NCBI GenBank assembly: GCA_014238615.1
Contig: JABAAT010000007.1
Coordinates: 40,736 to 104,735, forward strand
Reading direction: 5' to 3'
Source: Gammaproteobacteria bacterium
Lineage (GTDB): Bacteria > Pseudomonadota > Gammaproteobacteria > Porifericomitales > Porifericomitaceae
Length of the DNA stretch: 64,000 nucleotides
How positions within the stretch are numbered: position 1 is the first letter of the stretch; each line of letters opens with the position of its first letter. The position numbers and the translations under genes are program-made. The notes beneath the pieces were generated by a model. That model was not told where the DNA came from and did not search any database. It worked only from the letters and a program-made list of their open reading frames with translations. Positions 1 through 15,557 of the stretch are shown one piece after another.

Positions 1-5769
<5,769 letters not shown>

Positions 5770-5947
5770 GATGACTCTCTATAGATCTCCCCATCGTCCT
5801 TCTCTACCTTCATCCAAAGCCACGGGGAAGCCCCAGGCGACTTCAGGTGACCAGGAACAAACGATGGCGGTTCCACCCTGAGTAGAACCCCTCATGTTAG
5901 CAGAGTTTTCAGGCGGCGCCGGGCCGAAAACCGTCGCCGGAGAGCCT

Positions 5948-7027
5948 TCAGAAAGCGTAGTGCCTCAAAGTTTCGCGCAAGTCGCTCTCCGGGAAATCCT
6001 CGCAGAGGAAGGCGTCGCCGAGAGCCCGCAGCAGCACCAGGCGCAGACGACCGGCCCGCTTTTTCTTGTCCGTGGACATCAACTCCCGTAAGCGCTCCGT
6101 GGTCAGATCGGAGGGCAACCGCCGCGGCAGTGCGGCGCGTTGCAACAAGCTTTCCACGCGGCCCAACAACTCCGCGGGCAACAAGCCCATCCGGCACGAC
6201 AAATCCACCGCCAATAAAAGCCCCAGGCCCACCGCTTCTCCATGCAGCCAACCCGCGTAACCCTGTGCGGTTTCGATCGCGTGCCCGAAGCTATGCCCCA
6301 GGTTAAGCAAGGCCCGAACCCCCGTCTCCCGCTCATCACCCTGGGTGATTTCCAGCTTGTTGCGGCAGGATCGCTCGATCGCAAAATCCAGGGCCTCGGC
6401 CCGCAACTCCAATAACTCCTCGATATGCTCCTCCAGCCAGGCAAAGAACTCGGCGTCCCTGATCAGGGCGTACTTGATCACCTCGGCCAGGCCGGCACGC
6501 AGGGCGCGGGAGGGAAGGCTGCGCAGCACCCCGGGATCCACAAGCACCGCGATCGGTTGGTGAAAAGCGCCGATCATGTTTTTACCCAGGGCGTGATTCA
6601 CCGCCGTTTTGCCGCCCACGGACGCATCCACCTGGGCTAACAGGGTGGTCGGCACTTGTATGTAGTCAAGGCCGCGTTGATAGCAGGCGGCGGTGAAGCC
6701 GGTCAAATCCCCGATGACACCACCGCCCAGGGCCACCAGCGTGTCGTCACGCCCTACTCCGGCACGCAGCAACTCGCCGACCAACTGATCCAACTGCGCA
6801 AGGCTCTTGCTGCTCTCGCCGTCCGGCACCAGTAACAGGCGCGGTTGCTGCGGCCACAGGGCCTGCTTCAGGTCCGCAAGGTAAAGCTTCGAGATCTCCG
6901 CACTGCTGACCACCACCACGGTGCCATGCTTCAGGTGCGGCTCCAATAAGCCGCGCCGCCGCAACAGGTCGGCTCCCACGTAAACCGGGTAAGTGCTGCT
7001 GGCATGCTCCGCCCGCAAAATTTTCAT
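5948..7027 (-). CDS. aroB: 3-dehydroquinate synthase
   Basis: 372-aa ORF, probably starting at the internal MKILRAEHASS. Contains GGGVIGDLTGFTAACYQRGLDYIQVPTTLLAQVDASVGGKTAVNH and a LGHSFGHAIE motif. Located downstream of aroK. Confidence 0.9.
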   Translation of the reverse strand: MKILRAEHASSTYPVYVGADLLRRRGLLEPHLKHGTVVVVSSAEISKLYLADLKQALWPQQPRLLLVPDGESSKSLAQLDQLVGELLRAGVGRDDTLVALGGGVIGDLTGFTAACYQRGLDYIQVPTTLLAQVDASVGGKTAVNHALGKNMIGAFHQPIAVLVDPGVLRSLPSRALRAGLAEVIKYALIRDAEFFAWLEEHIEELLELRAEALDFAIERSCRNKLEITQGDERETGVRALLNLGHSFGHAIETAQGYAGWLHGEAVGLGLLLAVDLSCRMGLLPAELLGRVESLLQRAALPRRLPSDLTTERLRELMSTDKKKRAGRLRLVLLRALGDAFLCEDFPESDLRETLRHYAF

Positions 7028-7094
7028 GGCAGGACACCCCGAACCGACTCGAAACCGCGAAACCACCCCGGCAAACGCCGGACCCCTGCTTCGC

Positions 7095-7640
7095 TCAGGC
7101 TTTCGGTATGAAAGCGAGGCGGCATATTTCCCCTACAATCTCCGGCACTGAAAGGTCGGTGCAATCCACCACGAGGTCGGCGATTTCCTGGTAAAGCGGC
7201 GCCCGCCGCGCCAGGATCTCCTGTAAGGTCTGTACGGGACGCACACCCTGCAGCAACGGCCTGGCGGGCTCCCCGGACAGTCGCTGCAACAACTCTTCAA
7301 GCGGGGCCCGCAGGTACACCACCAGCCCCCAGGATTTCAGAAGCCGACGATTGTCCGAAGACAACACGACACCACCGCCGGTGGCAAGCACCGCACCAGT
7401 AGATTTGTTTAACAGGCCCCGCAACACCCCGGATTCAAGGGAACGAAAAAATTCTTCCCCCCTGCGGCTGAAGATCTCGGCGACAGAAACCCCGGAGCTA
7501 TCCTCAAGCTCCTCGTCCGCGTCCAGGAAAGGCAAACGCAACCGCCCGGCCAACGCCCTGCCGACCGTGCTCTTGCCGACCCCCATGGGGCCTACCAAGG
7601 CATACCTGGCGGCGTCGGGGGCGTCCCCGACACCCCCCAT
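7095..7640 (-). CDS. aroK: shikimate kinase
   Basis: 181 aa with Walker A GPMGVGKSTVGRALA and an LPFLDAD motif. Conserved pilQ-aroK-aroB arrangement. Confidence 0.9.
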   Translation of the reverse strand: MGGVGDAPDAARYALVGPMGVGKSTVGRALAGRLRLPFLDADEELEDSSGVSVAEIFSRRGEEFFRSLESGVLRGLLNKSTGAVLATGGGVVLSSDNRRLLKSWGLVVYLRAPLEELLQRLSGEPARPLLQGVRPVQTLQEILARRAPLYQEIADLVVDCTDLSVPEIVGEICRLAFIPKA

Positions 7641-7643
7641 GGC

Positions 7644-9743
7644 TCAGAATTCCTGGGAAAGAATCTTCGGAGTGACGAAGATCAACAATTCCTGCTTGCG
7701 GCTACTCTGTCCTTTACGCCGAAACAAGGCCCCAAGGTAAGGAATCTCCGAAAAATAAGGAACGCCCTCATTCCTCTCCTGGGTCCGCTCGGTATAAATC
7801 CCCCCCAGTACAACCGTCTCACCATTATTCACCAGCACCTGCGTCTGCAGCCTGTTCTTGTCAATACTCGGCGTTCCCAGCACAGTAATCGAGCCGATGG
7901 CGTCCTGGTTTACTTCCAGGTCCAGGATCAAACGATCATCCGGGGTGATTTGAGGGGTGACCTTCAAGCGTAGCACGGCATCTTGGAAAGACACCGAGGT
8001 GGCGCCGCTGGAAGAAGCCTCCTGGTAGGGCACCTGAACGCCCGATTCGATCATGGCCTCACCCTGGTCGGTGGTGATGATCTTGGGATTCGCTATCTCC
8101 TCACCCCGACCTTCGTTTAACAGGGCACTCAACTCCAGTTGCAACAGGTAAGAGCCCAACTTCCCGAAGACCAGGCCGTAGCTGGCCGCCCGACCGTCCA
8201 GAACCGTCGGTAAATCGACAATATAAGGAAAAGATCCACTGCCCTCGGTAGTAATCCCTGGAATAGCTCCCATAGTCGTAGCCTGGTTGCCCGTCCCCCC
8301 AAAGCTGATCGTGCCTTCCCTGGTTCCACCCCCGTATATCTGGAAACCGTCACCGAGATCTATCGTCTGGTTATAACCAAAACGCACTCCTATATCTTTA
8401 GTGAATTCGGTGTCCGCCCTGATGATACGTGATTCGATCAACACCTGCCGCACCGGCACATCCAGACGGCGCACCACCGCGCTGATCGCCTCCAGGCGGG
8501 AATAAACATCCTGAATGATCAACAGGTTGGTACGCTCGTCCACGCTGACATTGCCGCGCTCGGAGAGCAGGTTGTAATCTTTGGACTTCAGCAAGGCGGC
8601 AATTTCCCTGCCCTTGGCGTAGTTGACCTGTATAAACTCGGTTTCCAGGGGCTCCAACTCTACGAGTTCCTTTTCAAGCTCCAATTCCTGCCGCTCCTGC
8701 TGGGCAATCTCACTCTGGGGAGCCACCAGTACAACATTACCCATCTTGCGCATCGCCAGGCCCTTGGACTTGAGAATAATATCCATGGCCTGATCCCATG
8801 GCACGTTCTTCAGGCGCAGGGTCACCGAGCCGCTGACCGTATCACTGGCCACCAGGTTAAGCCCGGTGAAATCAGCAAGCACCTGAAGTACGGCGCTGAC
8901 AGCAATGCTCTGGAAGTTCAAAGACAGCAACTCCCCCGTATATGGGAATTTTTCCCTGAGCTCCGCCTCCCGCGCCGCCGGAGTGACCGGGAACACATCA
9001 ATGATGAGCTGGTTTCCCGACTGCAACACCAGGTAGTCATAGTCCAGGTTGGTCATAGATACCTTCATACGCACGCCCTGTGCGAAGGCAGTGGTATCCA
9101 CTTCACGCACCGGTGTGGCGAAATCCAGAACGTCCAAACGCCGGTCCAGCGCCTCGGGCAAACTGGCACCTCGAAACTCAATATGCAATTCAGGGCCTCT
9201 TTGCTGGATATCGTAGTTAAGCGTAGGATCGCTTAACACCACCGAGATCCTTCCCTCCCCCTTCTCACCGCGTCTAAAATCCACATTGCTGATATCAAAA
9301 TCAGAATAGGCCACCGCCATGGAAGCGTCTGAAGAACCTTGAAAACCCGCCCCCAAACTGACAGACACCTGGCTGCCCTGCGTCGTCACCTCGTAACCCA
9401 CCGGGCGCGACAAGTGAATCAGTACCCGGGAACGATCCCCAGACTCCACCGCCGTGACCCGGAGTACCGGATCGCTCCCCACATCCATGTTGCGCTCAGC
9501 AAGCCCCAGGGCGACGCCAGGGAAATCCAGCACAACCCGCGCGGGATCCTCAATCTTAAAACTCCGAGGCTTCTCCACGGGGCCGGAGAAGTTCAACTGC
9601 AAATTTACATCACCACCCTGCGCGGATTGCCGAATCTCGTCCAGGGTCACCGGGACCGCACGGGCAACGGTGCCGACAAGAGACAACAGCAACAGCGGCA
9701 ATAGCAGGCTGAGATATGCCCTGGAAAGCCCGCCTCGTTTCAT
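7644..9743 (-). CDS. pilQ: type IV pilus secretin PilQ
   Basis: Signal peptide MKRGGLSRAYLSLLLPLLLLSLVGTVARA (internal ATG at 9743). Secretin N0 domain LSLNFQSIAVSAVLQVLADFTGLNLVASD. C-terminal secretin domain NGETVVLGGI...LLIFVTPKIL. Confidence 0.9.
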   Translation of the reverse strand: MKRGGLSRAYLSLLLPLLLLSLVGTVARAVPVTLDEIRQSAQGGDVNLQLNFSGPVEKPRSFKIEDPARVVLDFPGVALGLAERNMDVGSDPVLRVTAVESGDRSRVLIHLSRPVGYEVTTQGSQVSVSLGAGFQGSSDASMAVAYSDFDISNVDFRRGEKGEGRISVVLSDPTLNYDIQQRGPELHIEFRGASLPEALDRRLDVLDFATPVREVDTTAFAQGVRMKVSMTNLDYDYLVLQSGNQLIIDVFPVTPAAREAELREKFPYTGELLSLNFQSIAVSAVLQVLADFTGLNLVASDTVSGSVTLRLKNVPWDQAMDIILKSKGLAMRKMGNVVLVAPQSEIAQQERQELELEKELVELEPLETEFIQVNYAKGREIAALLKSKDYNLLSERGNVSVDERTNLLIIQDVYSRLEAISAVVRRLDVPVRQVLIESRIIRADTEFTKDIGVRFGYNQTIDLGDGFQIYGGGTREGTISFGGTGNQATTMGAIPGITTEGSGSFPYIVDLPTVLDGRAASYGLVFGKLGSYLLQLELSALLNEGRGEEIANPKIITTDQGEAMIESGVQVPYQEASSSGATSVSFQDAVLRLKVTPQITPDDRLILDLEVNQDAIGSITVLGTPSIDKNRLQTQVLVNNGETVVLGGIYTERTQERNEGVPYFSEIPYLGALFRRKGQSSRKQELLIFVTPKILSQEF

Positions 9744-9871
9744 GAAAGCTGGGAAAACACTCGTAACTCGACTGGCAGTCCTCATAAGCCTCGATCCTCT
9801 GTTGACGGGCTGAATTAAAATCGTACGATGGGGTCTCAACCCGGATGCTGTTTCTCTCATCGCTAAGCTAC

Positions 9872-10453
9872 TCAGGTGTCATCCAGAGTAATGCTGGCCC
9901 GACGCTCTTCCAGGCGACCCCGTGGATCTACCAGCAATTCCCTGATCTGGACTCGATTTTCTTCAATGCTGATTATCTTACCGACGTTCCTCCCCAGGTA
10001 ATTGTCAACCTCCACACGATGCAAGGTCGCCTGGGGATCCAAAATCAAAGCCCAGCGCCGTTCCGAGTTTTCCATGGTGCCAAGCATACGCAAGGCATCC
10101 AGCTCAAACTGTTCCAATTCTTCCCGCTTCCGGGTATTCAATTCCCATTCCAACTCGGGAGGGAGTGTGATGTATTCTTCCACGCTCCCGCCCCCCACCC
10201 CGCCATCGGATGCAGCCGAACTGTAGAAATCCCGGAAAGGGTCTCTAAGCGCCCCCGGGTAATCAACAACCTCGGCAGTCGCAATAGGACGCAGCGGCTT
10301 AACCGGCTGTCCAGGACGCTGCATCTGCTCATTGAGCCAAAGCTCCAGATCCCCGATATCAGAATCACCACATCCAGCCAACAGCAAGCCGGACAACAAG
10401 GCAACCGGCAACCGGCCCGGCAGCGCTCGCAACAATTTCAAAATTTGCATCAT
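9872..10453 (-). CDS. pilP: type IV pilus assembly lipoprotein PilP
   Basis: 193 aa with lipobox LLAGC. Position between pilO and pilQ. Confidence 0.85.
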   Translation of the reverse strand: MMQILKLLRALPGRLPVALLSGLLLAGCGDSDIGDLELWLNEQMQRPGQPVKPLRPIATAEVVDYPGALRDPFRDFYSSAASDGGVGGGSVEEYITLPPELEWELNTRKREELEQFELDALRMLGTMENSERRWALILDPQATLHRVEVDNYLGRNVGKIISIEENRVQIRELLVDPRGRLEERRASITLDDT

Positions 10454-10461
10454 GGTCCTTA

Positions 10462-11034
10462 CTACTCCGTAGGCAAAGAACGGTAGGTTTTGGCCACGGC
10501 CTGCATGACAAGCTCGGTGGAAGAGTCGTTTCTGCCTCTCTCCCGCTTGTCAACCTTGATGTCTTGAATGGTCACAATACGGGGCAGCCTGGCTACTCCA
10601 TCAACGAAATTTCCGAATTTATTATAATCCCCGACGACCTTGATGTTGATAGGCAATTCCACGTAATACTCGGTTGTCCGTTCGGCCTGCAGTTCTAAAA
10701 GCTCAATCTCCAGGCCGGCTCCCAGGCCCTCCTGCGAGATATCAACGAGCAGACCCGGCACCTCGGTTTCATCCGGAAGCTGCCTGAGCAACTGGCTGAT
10801 ACTCTCCTCGATCTCGGTTTGCTGCTCCTTGAGCGCACTAAGGCTCGCCGCCCGGGCCTGCTTATCCGTGACTTCCGCCTTCAAGCTGACCTCCTCCTTC
10901 TGCTTTTGGTCCAACTCCTCGGAGGCGCCCTGCAAGGCAAAATAATAAACCAACGCTCCCACAAGCACCAAAACAGCCAGCCAGATTAACAGCCTTAATG
11001 GGAACGGTGCGCTCCCGATGTACCTAATCTTCAT
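10462..11034 (-). CDS. pilO: type IV pilus assembly protein PilO
   Basis: 190 aa with an N-terminal TM helix followed by coiled-coil. Operon position. Confidence 0.85.
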   Translation of the reverse strand: MKIRYIGSAPFPLRLLIWLAVLVLVGALVYYFALQGASEELDQKQKEEVSLKAEVTDKQARAASLSALKEQQTEIEESISQLLRQLPDETEVPGLLVDISQEGLGAGLEIELLELQAERTTEYYVELPINIKVVGDYNKFGNFVDGVARLPRIVTIQDIKVDKRERGRNDSSTELVMQAVAKTYRSLPTE

Positions 11035-11046
11035 GTCGTCCCTCCA

Positions 11047-11628
11047 TCATGAATCCCCTTCAACCCTCGTGGAACTCACCTGACGCACCTCAAGACTGAA
11101 TTCATTAACGCGCAAATCCAGCGATTCCCCTTCACCGCCGATATCTTTTATCCGGATATACTTCAGCGTCGGCTTGGAAAAGAAGCTTGATCTTTCCAAT
11201 CCGCGCATGAAGGAAGAGACGCGGGCTTCGGATTCAGCAAGGCCATCGATAGTCAGCAGCGTCCCGCTCTGCCTCAGGCTGGTATAACTGGCGCCTTCCG
11301 GCAAAGCGCTTTGCAGCTGGTCAAACAACTTCACGATGGATGGGCGATTGGTCTGCAGCAATTCAATGGCGTCCATGCGCGCAAGCAACGCGCTTTTCTT
11401 CTCCTCCAGCTGCTCGATCTCCACGATTTTCGCGTCCAGCACGGAGACGTGACTCGCCAGGATCCCGTTACGCTGCTCCTGGTTCCGTATCTGCTCACGC
11501 AACGCCAGGTAGAAAACTCCGGCGCCCACCGCCCCCAGCGCGGCGAAAAGCAAGGTGACGAACAGGAAATCCTGAATCTGCTGTCTGCGGAGTTCCTGAC
11601 GCCAAGGCAAAAGGTTGATCTTAGCCAT
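11047..11628 (-). CDS. pilN: type IV pilus assembly protein PilN
   Basis: 193 aa. MAKINLLPWRQELRRQQ start typical of PilN; a single TM. Confidence 0.85.
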   Translation of the reverse strand: MAKINLLPWRQELRRQQIQDFLFVTLLFAALGAVGAGVFYLALREQIRNQEQRNGILASHVSVLDAKIVEIEQLEEKKSALLARMDAIELLQTNRPSIVKLFDQLQSALPEGASYTSLRQSGTLLTIDGLAESEARVSSFMRGLERSSFFSKPTLKYIRIKDIGGEGESLDLRVNEFSLEVRQVSSTRVEGDS

Positions 11629-12698
11629 TAGTCAAAACTCCTTAATGCCAAGCCACAACTGACCATTAACGAAGAAGCGTCCTTCTTCAACTCTGCACGC
11701 GACACCCGGCTGCTGTTCGGCATATCGGCAAAAGGGTCAGCCAACACGGTGCGTAATTTGAGTCCCCCCTCCACGTACTCCGCCAGCCCCGCGATGGCGC
11801 AGGTACCACCGGAAAGCACCAACATATCCACGGAGGATATACTGGTGGAAGACAGGAACAGGCGCCGCGCCCGGTCTATCTGCTCCACCAGGGAGGCCTT
11901 GTAGGGCTCCAGCACCTCTGATTCGTAATTCTCGTAACTCTTAGACAGCAGGCCCTGCCGCTTGCCCATTTCGGCCTCGTCAAAAGACATACCGAAATGC
12001 TGCTGTATGGATTCAGTCAACTGGTTGCCCCCGAAATTCTCCTCGCGGGTAAAAATAGAGCGAAAGCCCTCCAGCACGCTGAAAACGGTGTTCGCCCCCC
12101 CCACGTCCGCCACCGCCACCACGGCATCATCCGCAACCGGGTGACTGCTTTCCATCATCAGGGAGACGGCATTCTCCAAGGCGAAAGCCTCCACATCAAC
12201 GACCTTGGCCTTCAACCCCGCGCATTCCAGCACCGCAACCCGGGAGTCAACATTATCGCTACGGGAAGCCGCCAGCAGGATATCCAGGCGATTTTCGCTC
12301 TCCAGGGAGGGGCCGATGATCTCGTAATCCAAGTTCACTTCCTCCAGCGGAAAGGGCAGGTACTGCTCGGCCTCAACCTGCACCTGGCTTTCCAACTCCA
12401 CATCACTGAGGCTGGCGGGCATGCTGATCAGCTTGGTAATGACCGAGGCCCCGGAGACCGCTATGGCACCCTGCTTGAGACGGCTCCCGGAACGGTTCAC
12501 CGCCCGAGACAGGGCCTCCCCTACTTCCTGGACCTTCACAATCTGCTTATCCACTACCAGATCCGGGGCCAGGGGCTCGATCGCATAACCTTCCACCTGG
12601 AATTTACCCCGACGACTTCCTATCTCCATGACTTTGACCGAACTGGCACTGATATCAACGCCCAACACCGCCCCGCCTGATTGATCAAATAATCCCAC
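11628..12698 (-). CDS. pilM: type IV pilus assembly ATPase-like protein PilM
   Basis: 356 aa with an actin-like fold (VLGVDISASSVKVMEI). First gene of pilMNOPQ; its stop overlaps the pilN start. Confidence 0.9.
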   Translation of the reverse strand: MGLFDQSGGAVLGVDISASSVKVMEIGSRRGKFQVEGYAIEPLAPDLVVDKQIVKVQEVGEALSRAVNRSGSRLKQGAIAVSGASVITKLISMPASLSDVELESQVQVEAEQYLPFPLEEVNLDYEIIGPSLESENRLDILLAASRSDNVDSRVAVLECAGLKAKVVDVEAFALENAVSLMMESSHPVADDAVVAVADVGGANTVFSVLEGFRSIFTREENFGGNQLTESIQQHFGMSFDEAEMGKRQGLLSKSYENYESEVLEPYKASLVEQIDRARRLFLSSTSISSVDMLVLSGGTCAIAGLAEYVEGGLKLRTVLADPFADMPNSSRVSRAELKKDASSLMVSCGLALRSFD

Positions 12699-13194
12699 GC
12701 TGACTCCTCAAGTATGTACTGCCTACGTCAAATTCTTCCAGCTATCCAGCCAAGTACTCAATGTCTAAATCAACAGACGGCAAATCAATAGCGGTTCCGC
12801 TATTGCGGCTGAGACGCAAGACCCTGTCCACCGGAGAAACAAACCCCGGCGGATACCGGCAGGTCGCCCGCCGCCGTTTAAAACACCGGGTACTAATGCT
12901 AACATAATCCATCGGTCCTGCAAACATCGCTCCAGACGCTACAGCCAGACGCTATTAAGTTGTCGGCCTTTCGCTTTCCGTGCCGCGGCTGTCCAGCCGA
13001 GTCCAGCCGAATCAAGCTGATGCCCGGCATTCTAACGCGGGAAAGCCGTACCTGCAACCCACGGAACGACCTGAAGCCCGGCAACACCGCCCCCCGGCCA
13101 TGGCCGGACCCAGTCCCGGCTTCATCAAACCTGCTTTAGTGAATACGGACTCTTCAGCAACCGCCCGGGGTCACCCGCCAGGTTATTAAGGCAA

Positions 13195-15528
13195 GTGCTC
13201 AGATTCAGCTTCTTCCTGCTATTGCTCGCCCTGGTGGGGACCGCCGTGCTGCTTCCCCTGGGCATGGCGGCGTTGCTGCTGGCGGCCGGAGATTTGCCGA
13301 ATCCAGCGGTGCTGCGCGAGACGCGCCTGCAGATACCGCTACGCATCTACAGCCGTGAGGGCTCGCTGATCGCCGAGTACGGCGCCAAGCGCCGCACGCC
13401 GGTGCGGCTGGAAGACCTCCCGCAACTGCTGATCCAGGCCATGATCGCAGCCGAGGATGGGCGCTTTTATTCGCACCGCGGCGTGGATACACGCAGCGTG
13501 GTGCGGGCCGCACTCCACAACATGCAGGCCGGGCGCGTCGTTGAAGGAGCCAGCACCATCACCATGCAGGTGGCGCGCAACTACCTGCTGAGCCGGAAGC
13601 GGAGCTATGCGCGCAAGCTGCGGGAGGCCATCCTGGCGTTGCGCATCGAACGGCAATTCAGCAAAAGAGAAATCATGGAGATGTATCTCAACAAGATCTA
13701 CTTCGGGCGGAGCGCTTACGGCGTCGTCGCCGCCGCCCAAGTTTACTTCGGGCGCCCGGTGGCCGAACTCAATCTCGCCGAAACCGCGCTCCTGGTCGGG
13801 TTGCCGCAGAACCCGACCCGCAACAATCCAGGGCGTCACCCGGAACGGGCCCGCGAGCGCCGCGCTTACGTCCTGAAGCGTATGCTGGCCTTTGGCTACA
13901 TCGATCAAAAAAGCTACAACGCGGCGCTGCAGGCACCATTGCCGCCCCTCTACCGGCCCGTCATCGGTCTGCATGCCCGCTACCCGGCGGAATGGGTACG
14001 GCAGAAGCTGGAACGGCTCTACGGAGACCAGGTTTACTCCGCGGGCTACCGGGTCCACACCACCATCAGCGACTCCTTGCAGGTGACCGCCGGGCAGGCC
14101 CTGCGCCGGGGATTGTTGGAGTACGGCCTGCGCCACGGCGCATCCGGCCCGGAGCGACACTACCAGCTCCCGGACGCGGCCGGGCCCTCCGAATGGCAAG
14201 CCATACTGGCCCGGCACCCCGAACGGGGCGGGCTGTATCCGGCCCTGGTGACGGTGCGCCGGGGAGAACAGGTGGAACTCTACCTGCGCGGCATCAGCCG
14301 GGTTCACCTGGAAGCGCGGGCGTTTACCGGCTTCGCACCGCCCGGGCCGCGGCGCGGCGACCTGGTACGCGTCATGGAGCAGGCGGACGGCGACTGGAAA
14401 CCGGCCCGGCTGCCCGAGGTGGAGGGCGGCCTGGCCGCCATGGAGCCCCGCACCGGGGCGACCCTGGCCATGATCGGCGGCTTTGACTTCCGCAGGAGTT
14501 CCTTCAACCGGGTCACCCAGGCGCGGCGCCAGCCCGGCTCCAGCTTCAAGCCCTTCATCTATTCCGCCGCCCTGGAAAGCGGCCTGCAGCCTTCCAGCCC
14601 GATCAACGATGTGCCCCTCGTTTTCCACGAACACAAGCAACATGATGAGCCGTGGCGGCCGCACAATTACGACGGCGGCTTCCGTGGCCGGACCACCCTG
14701 CGCGAAGCGCTGGTGCAGTCACGCAACATCATCAGCGTGCGCCTGGTCGAGAACATGGGATTGCCCTTCACCAGGGCCTATCTCTCGCGCTTCGGCTTTC
14801 GTCCGGAGCAATTGCCTGAGAGCCCCACCATGGCCCTCGGTAACGTGTCCGTCTCGCTCCTGGACATGCTGCGCGGCTACTGCGTCTTCGCCAACGGCGG
14901 CTTCCTCGTGGAGCCGTACCTGATTGACCGCGTGGAAGACCAGGACGGGAAAGTGCTGTGGGCCCACGAAGCGCGGCATGCCTGCCCGGAGTGCACACCG
15001 CGCACGGAGCAATTTGGGCGCGGCATGGGCGTCCAGTTGTCCCAGGAGGAGGAGGATTCCGGCAACCCCTCGGCAACAGCGCCGCGTGTCATCAGCCCGG
15101 CAAACGCCTGGCTCATGGGCGACCTGACGCGGGACGTCATTCAGCGCGGCACGGGCCGCCGGGCGCGCAGCCTGGGCCGCCGCGACCTGGCTGGCAAGAC
15201 CGGCACAACGAACAATCAGCGCGACGCCTGGTTCATAGGTTTCAACGCTGAACTGGCGGCTGCGGCCTGGGTGGGCTTTGACGACTATCAGCCCCTGGGA
15301 ACACGCGAGACAGGCGCCCGCGCCGCCCTGCCGATCTGGATGCATTTCATGGAAAACGCGCTGCGAGGGCGGCCCGAAGCCATCCTGGGACGACCGCCCG
15401 GAGTGTTGGCGCAACGCGGCGGGGGCAAAGTGGAGTACTACCTGGCCGGCGCGCACCAGGACTTTCCGGATGTTCCACCGCCGTCCCGGGAAAAAGACAC
15501 GCGCAACCCCCAGGATCTGGTCTTCTGA
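13195..15528 (+). CDS. mrcA: penicillin-binding protein 1A (bifunctional transglycosylase/transpeptidase)
   Basis: 777 aa with a GTG start. Glycosyltransferase motifs EDGRFYSHRGVD and RKxxE. Transpeptidase motifs SSFKPF, SRN and KTGTT. Divergent from pilM, as in many gammaproteobacteria. Confidence 0.9.
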   Translation: MLRFSFFLLLLALVGTAVLLPLGMAALLLAAGDLPNPAVLRETRLQIPLRIYSREGSLIAEYGAKRRTPVRLEDLPQLLIQAMIAAEDGRFYSHRGVDTRSVVRAALHNMQAGRVVEGASTITMQVARNYLLSRKRSYARKLREAILALRIERQFSKREIMEMYLNKIYFGRSAYGVVAAAQVYFGRPVAELNLAETALLVGLPQNPTRNNPGRHPERARERRAYVLKRMLAFGYIDQKSYNAALQAPLPPLYRPVIGLHARYPAEWVRQKLERLYGDQVYSAGYRVHTTISDSLQVTAGQALRRGLLEYGLRHGASGPERHYQLPDAAGPSEWQAILARHPERGGLYPALVTVRRGEQVELYLRGISRVHLEARAFTGFAPPGPRRGDLVRVMEQADGDWKPARLPEVEGGLAAMEPRTGATLAMIGGFDFRRSSFNRVTQARRQPGSSFKPFIYSAALESGLQPSSPINDVPLVFHEHKQHDEPWRPHNYDGGFRGRTTLREALVQSRNIISVRLVENMGLPFTRAYLSRFGFRPEQLPESPTMALGNVSVSLLDMLRGYCVFANGGFLVEPYLIDRVEDQDGKVLWAHEARHACPECTPRTEQFGRGMGVQLSQEEEDSGNPSATAPRVISPANAWLMGDLTRDVIQRGTGRRARSLGRRDLAGKTGTTNNQRDAWFIGFNAELAAAAWVGFDDYQPLGTRETGARAALPIWMHFMENALRGRPEAILGRPPGVLAQRGGGKVEYYLAGAHQDFPDVPPPSREKDTRNPQDLVF

Positions 15529-15557
15529 TTTCAAGCCAGGCCCCCCGAACTTCGCCC

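Noticed and set aside
12699-13194. ncRNA in the 500-bp pilM/ponA divergent intergenic region
   Set aside because: No recognisable conserved RNA motif or terminator; most simply a divergent promoter region.
13339-14664. 441-aa minus-strand ORF
   Set aside because: Antisense to the PBP1A gene, which has clear transglycosylase/transpeptidase motifs.
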